A DNA stretch of 33,973 nt, taken from contig JAJDFU010000095.1 in NCBI GenBank assembly GCA_020528935.1, positions 1 to 33,973 on the forward strand. Reading direction: 5' to 3'. Positions 8,926-18,665 of the stretch are shown one piece after another; within the stretch, counting starts at the first letter, position 1, and each line of letters begins with the position of its first letter. The position numbers and the translations under genes were made by a program. Source of the DNA: Saprospiraceae bacterium. GTDB lineage: Bacteria > Bacteroidota > Bacteroidia > Chitinophagales > Saprospiraceae. The notes under the pieces were generated by a model, which saw only the letters and a program-made list of their open reading frames with translations, made no database searches and had not been told where the DNA came from.

Positions 8926-11577
8926 ATGTGGAGAGGCCTGTATGCCGGATTGCTCATCGCTTTGCTTCCGCTGTGCTCCCATGCACAGGATGATCCCCTT
9001 TCCCTTCGTCTTTCCCTGCAGGTACAGGATGAACCGCTGGAAGCCGTGCTGATCCGTTTGATGCGCCAGGAGGGCGTCTTGCTGAGTTTCAGCCCGAATA
9101 TTCTGCCGGCCAGGCGTATTACGGTCGAGCTGGAGAACAGCTCACTGAAGCGCATACTGGATGTCTTGCTGAAGGATACCGGCCTCGCCTATGAGCGCAT
9201 CGGCGCCCAGGTGGTTCTCTTCAGGGCCAAGCCCGAAAAGTACACCCTGAGCGGCTATGTGGTGGATGCCCAAAGCGGTGAGCGGCTCATTTCTGCCACG
9301 GTATACGATGAGGCCTCCGGGAAGGGCGCCGTCACCAATGCCTACGGATTTTTCAGCCTCACCCTGCCTGCCGGCCGCCTCGAGTTGGTGATCCGGTACC
9401 TGGGGTACCAAACGCAACGTCGGGAGTTGGTACTCGACCGGGCCCGCCACTTGCAATGTGCGCTTCAGCCGGCCCTTGTCCTCCGGGAAATTGAGGTGGT
9501 CGCGGCCCAATCTCCCGCCCTTGCATATCCCTTGCCGGTGGACGAGCTGAAGGAAAACCTGTGGCAACAGTTGCCCCGCCTGGGCGGGGAACGGGACGTA
9601 TTGCGGACAGCCTATTTCATGCCGGGCGTGCAAACGGGAGCCGACGGCATCGGGGGCCTGCACGTGCGAGGTGGCGATCGCGGGCAAAACCTCATTTTGC
9701 TCGACGGCGTGCCGGTCTATGACGTGGCCCATGCCGGCGGGTTGATTTCCCTTTTTACCGATGAGATCGTCAAAAAAGCTACACTGATTAAAGGCGCTTT
9801 TCCTGCCAGGTACGGCGGACGCCTTTCCTCCGTGCTCGACATCAGGACCAGGGAAGGAAGCCTGAAGAAATGGGAAGGCATGGCCGGCTTGTCCATGCTC
9901 ACCAGCCAATTGGCCATGGGCGGCCCCCTGGTGAAAGAAAAGGTTTCAGTTTTCGCTTCGGCCCGTTGGTCGCACCTGGGCATGTACCTGCGGCCCTATT
10001 CCCGAAACAAGAAGCGCGAGGAGGGTGGGCAAGGAGCGTTGGACTACGATTTTTTCGACCTTCACCTCAAGCTCAATTACCTGATCTCGGATAAACACCG
10101 CATTTACCTCAGCCTGTATCGGGGCCGGGACCGGTTTTCCAATGTGGACGAAAAACGCGACACCCTGCTTGCAGGCCAAAATCCGGACCAGCGGAAACTG
10201 TTGTTCGGTCAGAACCTGCAGGAACGCAACGAATGGGGCAATACCCTTGGCGTTCTGCGCTGGAACTTCCTGGTATCCCCGCGCCTGTTTTCCAACTTCT
10301 CCCTGACGTACAGCCGGCTGGATGTTTTGTCCGATTACTTCCGCGGGGAGCAGTTGACCGACCTTGGAGATTCCGAAGTCCTGGACGAGTTCGGCGAATT
10401 TCGCACAGCGCGTTCCCTGGTGCAGGACTTCAGCCTGAAGACCGATTGGGATTGGGTGGCTTCTCCGGTGCATCACCTGCGCTTTGGCGGCGGAGCTACC
10501 CATCACACCTTTGACCCGGGCTTGTGGTGGGGCTTTGCCAACAACGGCACGCAGCCGGAGCCGTGGGAGAGCAACGCCCAGGCCCTGCAGGCCGCAGAAT
10601 GGTGGATGTACGCCGAAGATGAATTTCAGCTGGGCAGCCGCTGGTCGTTCAATCTGGGGTTGCGCTATGCGGGCTGGCAGATCCGGAGCGAGGCTTTCCA
10701 CGTCCTGGAACCGCGTGTGGCCGCGGCCTTCCAGGTCGCCAACCCCTTGCAGGTGCGGGCCAGCCTGAGCCGCATGTCCCAGTTTGTACATCTGCTGTCC
10801 AATTCAGAAGTGGGTTTACCTACGGATCTCTGGGTTCCTGCCACCGCCAAGACCGGCCTACAGGCCTCCTGGCAGACCACCCTGGGGCTGGACCTGAAGA
10901 CCCGCAACGGCTGGATGGGGCGCACAGAAGCCTACTACAAGCTCCTGCAGCCGCTCCTGGCCCTCAGCGAGGGCGCTCAAGTGCGCACCAACTGGGAGGA
11001 GAACATTACCCGGGGCAGTGGCAGGGCCTGGGGCATCGAATGGGAACTGGGTCGACGAAAAGGCCCGCTCGAAGGCTGGGTGAGCTACGGCCTCAGTTTC
11101 ACAAACCGGACCTTCGAACGCGTCAATTTTGGAAGGCCTTATCCCCTGCGGTACGACCGGCGGCACGATATCAAGGCCGCTCTTACCTATGCGCCCAAGA
11201 ATTGGATTACCTTCAGCTGCAGCTGGATGATGAATTCCGGGCTGGCCTTCAACCTGCCTACCCAGCAGTTTGCCGTAGATTATCCCGGCCTGCCCGATCC
11301 CGATCCCATCTTCATTTTCGGCGATAAGAACGAATTCCGGATGCCCTGGTATCATCGCCTGGACGCCGGAGTCACCCTCCGGTTCGGACAAAAGAAGCCC
11401 CTGAAACACAACCTGTACCTGGGCGTGTACAACCTGTACAACCGCAGGAACCCTCTCTACATCCAGCTCCAGGAGCAACTGGCCGTTTCAGCGGGCGAAC
11501 TGGAGGTCCGTCGCGAATTCCAACAGGTGTTTCTGTTTCCCGTTTTGCCGTCCCTGTCCTACGCCATACGCATATAG
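8926..11577 (+). CDS. TonB-dependent receptor/transducer with an N-terminal STN signalling domain and a CarboxypepD_reg domain
   Basis: Domain order is: signal peptide (LLIALLPLCSHAQ), STN-like segment (LSLQVQDEPLEAVLIRLMRQEGVLLSF...LLKDTGLAYERIGAQVVLF), CarboxypepD_reg (YTLSGYVVDAQSGERLISATVYD...AVTNAYGFFSLTL), plug (LHVRGGDRGQNLILLDGVPVYD), then a long beta-barrel region. Confidence 0.9.
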   Translation: MWRGLYAGLLIALLPLCSHAQDDPLSLRLSLQVQDEPLEAVLIRLMRQEGVLLSFSPNILPARRITVELENSSLKRILDVLLKDTGLAYERIGAQVVLFRAKPEKYTLSGYVVDAQSGERLISATVYDEASGKGAVTNAYGFFSLTLPAGRLELVIRYLGYQTQRRELVLDRARHLQCALQPALVLREIEVVAAQSPALAYPLPVDELKENLWQQLPRLGGERDVLRTAYFMPGVQTGADGIGGLHVRGGDRGQNLILLDGVPVYDVAHAGGLISLFTDEIVKKATLIKGAFPARYGGRLSSVLDIRTREGSLKKWEGMAGLSMLTSQLAMGGPLVKEKVSVFASARWSHLGMYLRPYSRNKKREEGGQGALDYDFFDLHLKLNYLISDKHRIYLSLYRGRDRFSNVDEKRDTLLAGQNPDQRKLLFGQNLQERNEWGNTLGVLRWNFLVSPRLFSNFSLTYSRLDVLSDYFRGEQLTDLGDSEVLDEFGEFRTARSLVQDFSLKTDWDWVASPVHHLRFGGGATHHTFDPGLWWGFANNGTQPEPWESNAQALQAAEWWMYAEDEFQLGSRWSFNLGLRYAGWQIRSEAFHVLEPRVAAAFQVANPLQVRASLSRMSQFVHLLSNSEVGLPTDLWVPATAKTGLQASWQTTLGLDLKTRNGWMGRTEAYYKLLQPLLALSEGAQVRTNWEENITRGSGRAWGIEWELGRRKGPLEGWVSYGLSFTNRTFERVNFGRPYPLRYDRRHDIKAALTYAPKNWITFSCSWMMNSGLAFNLPTQQFAVDYPGLPDPDPIFIFGDKNEFRMPWYHRLDAGVTLRFGQKKPLKHNLYLGVYNLYNRRNPLYIQLQEQLAVSAGELEVRREFQQVFLFPVLPSLSYAIRI

Positions 11578-11666
11578 TTCGTATCTTTAAAGTCGGAAAA
11601 GAATATTTGGCAGGAAAGCGCCGGGACAGGTTTTCGCTTTTCGACAAATACCGCTATGAAAAGCTC

Positions 11667-12617
11667 ATGTTTCCCTTTAGATATATAAGCCTGGGCATAT
11701 TGCTTCTGATCCTCAACAGCTGCGAAGAGCCCTTTGATCCTCAACTTTACGAGGAAGAAGCGCAACTGGTGGTGTTGAGCAACTTCAGCCCCAACAGCCC
11801 GATCGAGGTGTACGTCTCGGTGAGCCAATCGGTGGTGGAACAGAACCCAACTGCCTACCTGAGCCATGCCGAAGTGGACGTGTTGCACGGCGATACCCTC
11901 TTGATTTCCCTGGCGCCTGCTGCTAAAATGGACGGAGAACGGGTCGTTCCGTATTACACACATCCAAGCTTCGTCCCGGAAGAAGGTCGGGTGTACACCC
12001 TCCGGGTTCGCGCGGAAGGCTATGCTCCGGTCTATGCTTCCAGCTATATCCCTCAGCAAGTGGCGCTCGACAGCATAAACCTGGAGAACTTGGCTACCGA
12101 AACTCCGGAAGCATCCTCGGATGAAGAGGAAACCCAGATCTACACCTACGATATCAAATTGCGTTTTCTGGATCCCGCCGGGGAGAAGAACTACTACCAC
12201 CTCAACGTGTATCAACAGATCAAAAAAGAGATTCCCCAAGGGGATACGACCCTTTCCGACTTGCTTACCTACAAGATCTTCTTCTCACCGGTGCTGAATA
12301 CCAATCACATCACCGTTAATCACGACGGCGGCATTCTGCTCGAGGATACGCCATTCGACGGAACCTACGCCCACTTGTCTTTTCCCGTCCGGTTTGTGCT
12401 GAACCTCGGACAGGGGGAAGAATTGGGCGACCTGCTGGTGGAATTTCGCTCCGTGTCCCGCGAGTACTTCTTGTTTCACGCTTCGCTCAGCAAACAGAAA
12501 GAACAGGGCGAAAACCCCCTCCAGGAGCCCGTGCTGGTGTACGACAATATCCAGAACGGGTACGGCATATTCGCCGGTTTCAACACCTCCAAGGATTCCC
12601 TGCTGATCGGAAACTGA
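11667..12617 (+). CDS. DUF4249-family lipoprotein, the usual partner of CarboxypepD_reg TonB receptors
   Basis: Lipoprotein signal with lipobox (LLLILNSC) and the C-terminal NGYGIFAGFN motif characteristic of DUF4249. It lies immediately downstream of the receptor. The start is set at ATG 11667. Confidence 0.75.
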   Translation: MFPFRYISLGILLLILNSCEEPFDPQLYEEEAQLVVLSNFSPNSPIEVYVSVSQSVVEQNPTAYLSHAEVDVLHGDTLLISLAPAAKMDGERVVPYYTHPSFVPEEGRVYTLRVRAEGYAPVYASSYIPQQVALDSINLENLATETPEASSDEEETQIYTYDIKLRFLDPAGEKNYYHLNVYQQIKKEIPQGDTTLSDLLTYKIFFSPVLNTNHITVNHDGGILLEDTPFDGTYAHLSFPVRFVLNLGQGEELGDLLVEFRSVSREYFLFHASLSKQKEQGENPLQEPVLVYDNIQNGYGIFAGFNTSKDSLLIGN

Positions 12618-13212
12618 GCTTTTTCTCATTCCCTCCTCCAAATTTTTGTCGACCAGCCGTGGGTGCTCACTTCTTTTTTGGTGTCTTTTTGAATAAAGGG
12701 AGAAGGTAATACCGTGAAAAAGTAAAATGGCATACCGCTTACGTATGGATGCGATGAATGACTTAACCAAAGAGGAAGCGGTATTATTTTTCAAGCGCGT
12801 ATGCACGGTTTTCATGCCTTTGAAGGTTGCGGCATTCCCGACTGCTGTCAGGCAGATCATCCTTAACCCGGATTATTCGCGGAAACCCGAACCGGTGCAT
12901 CATGACGATAAGTAGTTGAAAACAGCTTTCTTTTCAACCACTTAGGTGAGAGCCAGCCCTGACCCTTGCAAAATTTTCGATGCCCAAATTGGGGTATGGA
13001 CAATAGGGCGAAGCAAAGGAGCTACCCTGCTTATGATTATCTGGTGCTCCAAACTTCAATTCGTCAGCCCTTGGGCGGAAAATGCCGTGCATTTTCCCGC
13101 TCAAAACCATACGATCTGCGGCAGCAGCCCCGGTTGCGCCAAATCCGGATCGCAAGCTTGTCCCTGCCAAACGCCGAGCCCTGGCCATCAAAACCAAAAG
13201 AACCACTGCACT

Positions 13213-13893
13213 ATGGTAGCCAAGATCAATACGGCCTTCCTGAACGAATTTGACCTGTTCGACAGCCTCTCCACCGAAGAAAAAGCCCGTTTGGCGAGCG
13301 CGATGGAATACCAATGCAAGCCCAAGTATCAGCACATCTACATGCAGGGCGAGCCATCGGAGAAAGTGTATTTTCTGCAAAAGGGCGTAGTGAAGCTCAG
13401 TACTTTTCACGAAGAAGGCAAGGAAGTGATCAGGCAGTTGGTGTATCCCAAAAGCATGTTTGGAGAACTGGGGCTGATCGGTGAGGCCCGCCGCAAAGAT
13501 TTCGCGCAGGCAATGCGCGAGGACGTTCATCTGTATGCCATAACCGTAGAGGAGGTCAAGGCACTCATGCGGGAAAACTTCGACCTCTGTACCCTTGTTA
13601 TGAACACCTTCGGCCAGCGGCTGCTGAAAGCCGAGCACAAGCTGGAGGCCGTGATCTTCAAGGACGCCCGCGCGCGCATCATCGAATTTATTAAAGAAGC
13701 CGTCGAACAACGCGGCCGCCGGGTGGGTTACGAAATGCTCCTCAAACACAGCCTCACTCATCAGGACATTGCCAGCCTCACCTGCACCTCCCGCCAAACC
13801 GTCACCTTGGTGCTGAACGAACTCCGCAAATCCGATCTGATCTATTTCAATCGCGGCCGCATACTGGTGCGCGATATCGACAAACTGGCCTAA
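13213..13893 (+). CDS. Crp/Fnr-family transcriptional regulator
   Basis: cNMP-binding fold (YFLQKGVVKLS...GKEVIRQLVYPKSMFGELGL) plus a C-terminal HTH (LTHQDIASLTCTSRQTVTLVLNELRK). The start is set at MVAKINT (ATG 13213); the upstream extension of the track ORF is not protein-like. Confidence 0.9.
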   Translation: MVAKINTAFLNEFDLFDSLSTEEKARLASAMEYQCKPKYQHIYMQGEPSEKVYFLQKGVVKLSTFHEEGKEVIRQLVYPKSMFGELGLIGEARRKDFAQAMREDVHLYAITVEEVKALMRENFDLCTLVMNTFGQRLLKAEHKLEAVIFKDARARIIEFIKEAVEQRGRRVGYEMLLKHSLTHQDIASLTCTSRQTVTLVLNELRKSDLIYFNRGRILVRDIDKLA

Positions 13894-15242
13894 GGCAGGT
13901 CCATTCGAATGCGCCAGGCCGTAGGGTAGTAGTTGTTGATCCGGTTGGGCAAGCCCTTGAACCAACCTATGCCGAGTTTAGTATAGCTTGCCAATCCCCA
14001 TCCGGTATGCGGCTGTTCCAGCCGGGGCAATTCCTTTTTCAGAAAGCGCAGTGCGTCAGGCCGCGAAAGCTCTACCCGTTGTACAGCTTTTGAAAGGTGC
14101 AGGCTGAAAGCCAGCCCGGCAGCCGGTACGAACTGGTTGCCCTTGTGTTGCCCCAGTTCCAGGAGCGGCCGGCTGCGCTTCAGATGTCCGAGTAGCTCTT
14201 CGGCCGGTTGAGCCACCTCCTGCGGCAAGGCATAATACCGGCCTTTGCGATCGCGGTAGCCGGCCCAGGTGAGCGATGCGTCCAGCCAGTACTCCAGTGC
14301 GGCAACTTCCTCTCTGCTGATTTTCTGAAAGCGTTCCGACGGAAAACCTCCGGCCGATTCGCCTTTGCCCGATCCGGCTTCCTTGCGCAGAACCGCCAGG
14401 AAAAACCCCTCACCGGCCACCCGGTGTGGATAGCACTGATAGCCCCGTCCCGTGTCCACTATGCCCCAGGCCGGATCCAGCTGAAGAGGGCACAACCGCA
14501 TGTCGTTCTGCTGCAACCAGCCCACCTGTTCCTGGTTTTCTGCGGGGTTGTACGTACAGGTGCTGTACAGGAGGAGCCCCCCGGGTCTGAGCAGGGGCAG
14601 AGCCTCGCTCAGAATGCGCCGCTGCCGCAGGCTGCAGTATTGAGCGTGCCCGGACGACCACTCTTCCACGGAGCTGCTGTCCTTGCGAAACAGGCCTTCC
14701 CCACTGCAGGGGGCGTCCAGAAGCACCAGGTCGAAAAGCCCTTCGAGGCCGTGAAAATCGCGCGGATCGTGGTTGCTGGTAACCACGGCAGGGTAGCCCC
14801 ACTTCAGAAGATTGTGCCGAAGGACCTGGTACCGGCTGCGGATCACCTCATTGGCCACCAAAAGGCTGCCGGTGGAGAGCAGCTCGGCCAGCAGAGTGCT
14901 TTTTCCGCCGGGTGCGGCCGCCAGGTCCAGCGCCAGAAGAGGCCCGGATGGCATCCATTGCTGCAGGGCCGTACCCACCAACATGCTGGAAGCTTCCTGC
15001 GGATAATAGGCGCCGGCGTGAAAGGCGGGATCCAGGGTGAAAACCGGCCGTTCGTCCATGTATCTTCCGCCGGTATACCATTTTACTCCGTCGGAAAATT
15101 CCTGGCAAGCTGAATGTTTTACAGGATGAAGGCGGACGGCGGTCGGCGGCGGGGCTTCGAGGGCCTCCAGAAAGCCGGCAAATTCACTGCCCAACTGCGC
15201 TTGCATCCGGGACAGGAAGGCCCGAGGTAAGGGTGCGGCCAT
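13890..15242 (-). CDS. RsmB/RsmF (NOL1/NOP2/Sun) family RNA cytosine-C5 methyltransferase
   Basis: SAM-binding LDLAAAPGGKST, catalytic DAPCSGEGLFRK and LLYSTCTYNPAENQ are present. The start is either ATG 15242 (MAAPLPRAFL) or ATG 15281, which would overlap the upstream gene by 11 nt. Confidence 0.85.
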   Translation of the reverse strand: MAAPLPRAFLSRMQAQLGSEFAGFLEALEAPPPTAVRLHPVKHSACQEFSDGVKWYTGGRYMDERPVFTLDPAFHAGAYYPQEASSMLVGTALQQWMPSGPLLALDLAAAPGGKSTLLAELLSTGSLLVANEVIRSRYQVLRHNLLKWGYPAVVTSNHDPRDFHGLEGLFDLVLLDAPCSGEGLFRKDSSSVEEWSSGHAQYCSLRQRRILSEALPLLRPGGLLLYSTCTYNPAENQEQVGWLQQNDMRLCPLQLDPAWGIVDTGRGYQCYPHRVAGEGFFLAVLRKEAGSGKGESAGGFPSERFQKISREEVAALEYWLDASLTWAGYRDRKGRYYALPQEVAQPAEELLGHLKRSRPLLELGQHKGNQFVPAAGLAFSLHLSKAVQRVELSRPDALRFLKKELPRLEQPHTGWGLASYTKLGIGWFKGLPNRINNYYPTAWRIRMDLP

Positions 15243-15270
15243 GGCCTCGTTTTGGATCAAAAATAGCCGT

Positions 15271-15975
15271 TTATCGGTCATTCAGCGACCAATCGTAAGC
15301 CTTGAAGCGCACGGAGGCGTCGGTCTGAATAGGGGTATCGGCATATTGATTGAGGTAGGAGTGCAAGTTCCCGAAATCCTCTTTGTACCAGTCGAAGATC
15401 CTGGAGACCGTTACGGCCTCTTCGCGCAGCGTGTTGAACCGGGGGTTATTAATGAACTTTCGGGTTTGATCGCGGAGCTGGTGGTCCAGCACGACGGCCT
15501 TGTAGGCCTTGTTGAGCAGGGGCGGACAGGATCGCGCTGCACAATTCACGGCGAAGTGGATGCGCGCGTCCTTGAACTGAGGCCGGATAATGTTGTGTTC
15601 GATCTGGTTCAGGGAGTACACGGCCCCGCCCAGTCGGATCCAGCTTACGTCCCAGGGGTTGCCATCGTGGAGATCGCGGATGCTTTCTACGGGGTAGTTT
15701 TCGAGGATCAGTTTGATCGTGAAGGCGTTGTAGGTATTGATCCAGTAGGCCAGCTGTTCGGCGCGCGACCAGGAGCGCTTTGCGGGATTCTGGCGCAGGC
15801 TTTGGAGGTAGCCGTCGAGTTTGGCCTCATCGGTTTTGAAGCCGGCATAATCCACCCGTCCGCGGTCGTCTACGTATTGTTGAAGCAGCTTATCCCAGGC
15901 CTCGTGACCGGGCTGGGCGAGCAGGGCCGTCTGGATCAGGAGCAAGAGGCTGATCAGCAGTGATCTGGATTCCAT
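15271..15975 (-). CDS. DUF547 domain-containing protein (secreted)
   Basis: Signal peptide MESRSLLISLLLLIQTALLAQ and DUF547 core motifs YWINTYNAFTIKLIL, IHFAVNCAARSCPPL and FDWYKEDFG. The start is set at ATG 15973-15975. Confidence 0.85.
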   Translation of the reverse strand: MESRSLLISLLLLIQTALLAQPGHEAWDKLLQQYVDDRGRVDYAGFKTDEAKLDGYLQSLRQNPAKRSWSRAEQLAYWINTYNAFTIKLILENYPVESIRDLHDGNPWDVSWIRLGGAVYSLNQIEHNIIRPQFKDARIHFAVNCAARSCPPLLNKAYKAVVLDHQLRDQTRKFINNPRFNTLREEAVTVSRIFDWYKEDFGNLHSYLNQYADTPIQTDASVRFKAYDWSLNDR

Positions 15976-16056
15976 GTGTTTTTCAGGGGAAACGACAGCA
16001 CGCTTCACCAGGTTGCCCGAAAGGTGTCGCAATTGTTTGCGGCCCGACAACTGCAG

Positions 16057-17802
16057 CTAGTAAGCGTATATCATGCGCTTGGTAGCCAGTCGCCTGCCGT
16101 CCACCCAGAGGCTGTAGGAATAAGTTCCGGGCTGATAGCGGTGATGTTGGTAGTTGTACAGCACCTCGTTGATGCCGGGCCGCAGTTCGATAGGCAGCCG
16201 GACCAGCTCGCGCCCCTGCATATCCGTGACTTGTATGAATGCCTCGCGATAGGGCAGGGGTTCGTGGATGTACACCCCGAAGGTGGTTGCTTCGTCAAAA
16301 GGGTTGGGCCGGTTCTGTAGCAGCTCAAAACCGCGCTGCCTCATTTGAATTTCGGCCGTACTGGTGAACACGATTTTCTGCACCTCTTCGGTGAAGAGAC
16401 TCTCAATGCCGTTGGAGTCCACGGCGCAGGCGGAGAAGAAGTACACCTCCACGCCGGGCAGGCGCAGAGTGTCGGTGGTCCGGTTCAGGACAATGATCGA
16501 GTCCTGATCCTGGTCGCCGTCGCTCCTCCGGATGAAGAGGCGGTAGTTGCCGTAGGACAGGCTGTCTTCAAAGGAAACGACCAGTTCATTGCCCAGTTCT
16601 TCCACCATGAGGTCGTAAGGAGCGGAGGGGCCGGCGGCGGCCATGGCGATGGCATTGCCGTTGATCAGGGTATTGCGGGCCAAATAGTTGAAGTCAATGA
16701 AAAAGCTGTCGATGAGCTGGTCGCCGTCGGTATCCAGGCCGAGTACATCTTCTACGGTGTGCTGGCGGTCTTCATAGCCGGCCTGGCTGGGATCGCCGTC
16801 GCCGTGCTCGTTGGCTGCTGTGAAGCGGATGGCCGGGAAGCCGCGCTCGCGGAAGGGAATGTGGTCTCCGCCCCGCCCTATGCGATCTTCCGGGGTCATG
16901 ATGTTGATCTCGTTGGACGGGGAAAGCTGGGGAGCGGCCATCTCTTGGTACTGCAGCTTGGTGAAGCGGGCGAGCTGCTTGCTGGAGGAGGTGCTCCCGG
17001 CCGAGTAGATGCGCACGTTGATGCTATCGATATGATTCAGGCCGGGGCAGCCGGGAGGAGAGGCCGTGCTGCCGCAGATGGTGCCGCCGATGATATCGTT
17101 GTTGAAGACGGCCTGAAGCTTTGCGTTTTCCCGCACACAATATTCGGCAAAGGCATCGGCACCCAGCAGACCCTGCTCTTCGCCCGTAGTGAGCAGGAAA
17201 GCAATGCTGCGGTTGAAGGTCAGCGGGGCCATGGTGCGGGCCAGCTCCAGCACCAGGGCGCTGCCGCTGACGTTATCCTCCACTCCCTGGGCATCGCAGT
17301 CGGTGTCGCAGCGGTCGGCGCAGCGGCTGTCCAGGTGCCCTTCAACCAGCACCAACTCCCGGGCTTTGGGGCCTTGGCCGGGCAATATGGCCAGTACATT
17401 GCGGTGTTGGGCGGCGCCGCAGATCAGGCGGTCAAACTGCACGTAGCTCACCAGGAGCCGGTTGTCGTTGGCTGCGCTCATCGCCTGGAATGTCTCGTAG
17501 GCCCAGCGCCGTGCAGCACCGATGCCAAAGTTGTCGCTGAGCGTATCCGAACCCGTATTCCGGCTGCCGAAGCTGCTCATCACCTCCAGGTAGGCGCGCA
17601 GGGTGTCGGGGGAGATCGTCTGCACAAGGGCGTCCACCACCTCCTCGGGGTGTTCCACCAGCGTGGCAGGTGCGTAGTCTGCCGGATCAAAGTCTCCTTT
17701 TAACACCCGCTCCGCTTCGGGATTGGTGATGCGGATGTTGGTGGTTTGGCCCGTGGATATTTGGAGAAACAGTACAAACAGTAGTAAACAAGCGGCTTTC
17801 AT
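16057..17802 (-). CDS. M28-family metallopeptidase with a T9SS (Por) C-terminal sorting domain
   Basis: M28 metal-ligand blocks GHLDS...EDNVSGSA and TTGEEQGLLGA. The C-terminal roughly 80 aa begin LLQNRPNPFDEATT, which is the T9SS type A CTD signature. Signal peptide is MKAACLLLFVLFL. A Cys-rich insert (RCADRCDTDCDAQG) lies within the M28 core. Confidence 0.85.
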   Translation of the reverse strand: MKAACLLLFVLFLQISTGQTTNIRITNPEAERVLKGDFDPADYAPATLVEHPEEVVDALVQTISPDTLRAYLEVMSSFGSRNTGSDTLSDNFGIGAARRWAYETFQAMSAANDNRLLVSYVQFDRLICGAAQHRNVLAILPGQGPKARELVLVEGHLDSRCADRCDTDCDAQGVEDNVSGSALVLELARTMAPLTFNRSIAFLLTTGEEQGLLGADAFAEYCVRENAKLQAVFNNDIIGGTICGSTASPPGCPGLNHIDSINVRIYSAGSTSSSKQLARFTKLQYQEMAAPQLSPSNEINIMTPEDRIGRGGDHIPFRERGFPAIRFTAANEHGDGDPSQAGYEDRQHTVEDVLGLDTDGDQLIDSFFIDFNYLARNTLINGNAIAMAAAGPSAPYDLMVEELGNELVVSFEDSLSYGNYRLFIRRSDGDQDQDSIIVLNRTTDTLRLPGVEVYFFSACAVDSNGIESLFTEEVQKIVFTSTAEIQMRQRGFELLQNRPNPFDEATTFGVYIHEPLPYREAFIQVTDMQGRELVRLPIELRPGINEVLYNYQHHRYQPGTYSYSLWVDGRRLATKRMIYAY

Positions 17803-17965
17803 GTGTATCTCAGGTATGGTGTTCGTTCTGAGTGAAAGGTATAAAAGAAAAAATGGTTGCGAGGGCATGGAGGCCATCCCGGGCAGTCAGGTACCCCAGA
17901 TGGAGGGGGTTGGCCCTGGTCAGGGATTGCCGCACATTTTGTAACCTTGTGAAAAACGCAGGTAT

Positions 17966-18658
17966 ATGAAGCTATTTCCAATGTTGTTGATCGCCGTCCT
18001 GAATATGCCGTTTTTCGCTGCCGGGCAGGCTTGTGAAGCGTTCATGGCTTTTGAGGAAGGCACCAAGCTCGAATACACCTACTACAACAAAAAGGAAAAG
18101 GAGGAGGGCTCTTCCACTCAATACGTCAAGTCGGTTAGGGCCCTGCAGGACGGCGGCACTGTGGCCGTATTCGAAACGGAGCTGCGCGATAAAAAAGGCA
18201 AGGAGGCCATGACCGGCACTTTTGAGGTGAGCTGTCAGGGCAATGCCCTTCGCATGAACGTTAGCGACATGCTCGGTCCCGACATGTCCGAAGCCTTTCA
18301 ACATATGGAAGTGAAGGTGGAGGGTGATGCCCTGATCATCCCCCACGAGCTGGAGGTTGGTCAAACGCTACCCGATGCCCAAAGTGTGGTCACACCCGGG
18401 ATGAACGGCATGAACCTGATGAAATTCACCTTGACCGTCACCGACCGCAGGGTCGTGGCCCGGGAAGAGGTCCGCACGCCTGCCGGCACTTTCGATTGCT
18501 TCAAGATCACCTCCATCTTCAAGACCAAGATGATGGGCAGCCGCGAGTTCACCCAGTCCCAATGGTTGGCCAAGGGAGTTGGCATGGTAAAAGCAGAGAC
18601 CTATGACAAAAAAGGCAAACTGGAAAGCCGGCAGCTTTTGACCGGCCTGGAGCGGTGA
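17966..18658 (+). CDS. Conserved hypothetical secreted protein (beta-rich, family not named)
   Basis: Signal peptide MKLFPMLLIAVLNMPFFAAGQ with a protein-like, beta-strand-rich composition. The TPAGTFDCFKIT...WLAKGVGMVKAE segment resembles small secreted Bacteroidota proteins I cannot name with certainty. Confidence 0.65.
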   Translation: MKLFPMLLIAVLNMPFFAAGQACEAFMAFEEGTKLEYTYYNKKEKEEGSSTQYVKSVRALQDGGTVAVFETELRDKKGKEAMTGTFEVSCQGNALRMNVSDMLGPDMSEAFQHMEVKVEGDALIIPHELEVGQTLPDAQSVVTPGMNGMNLMKFTLTVTDRRVVAREEVRTPAGTFDCFKITSIFKTKMMGSREFTQSQWLAKGVGMVKAETYDKKGKLESRQLLTGLER

Positions 18659-18665
18659 ACGATAC

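Noticed and set aside
12727-12915. A 62-aa ORF in the crp upstream gap.
   Set aside because: It has no recognisable family and no clear promoter or terminator beyond a weak AT-rich hairpin, and its composition is unremarkable. It is kept only as part of the gap observation.
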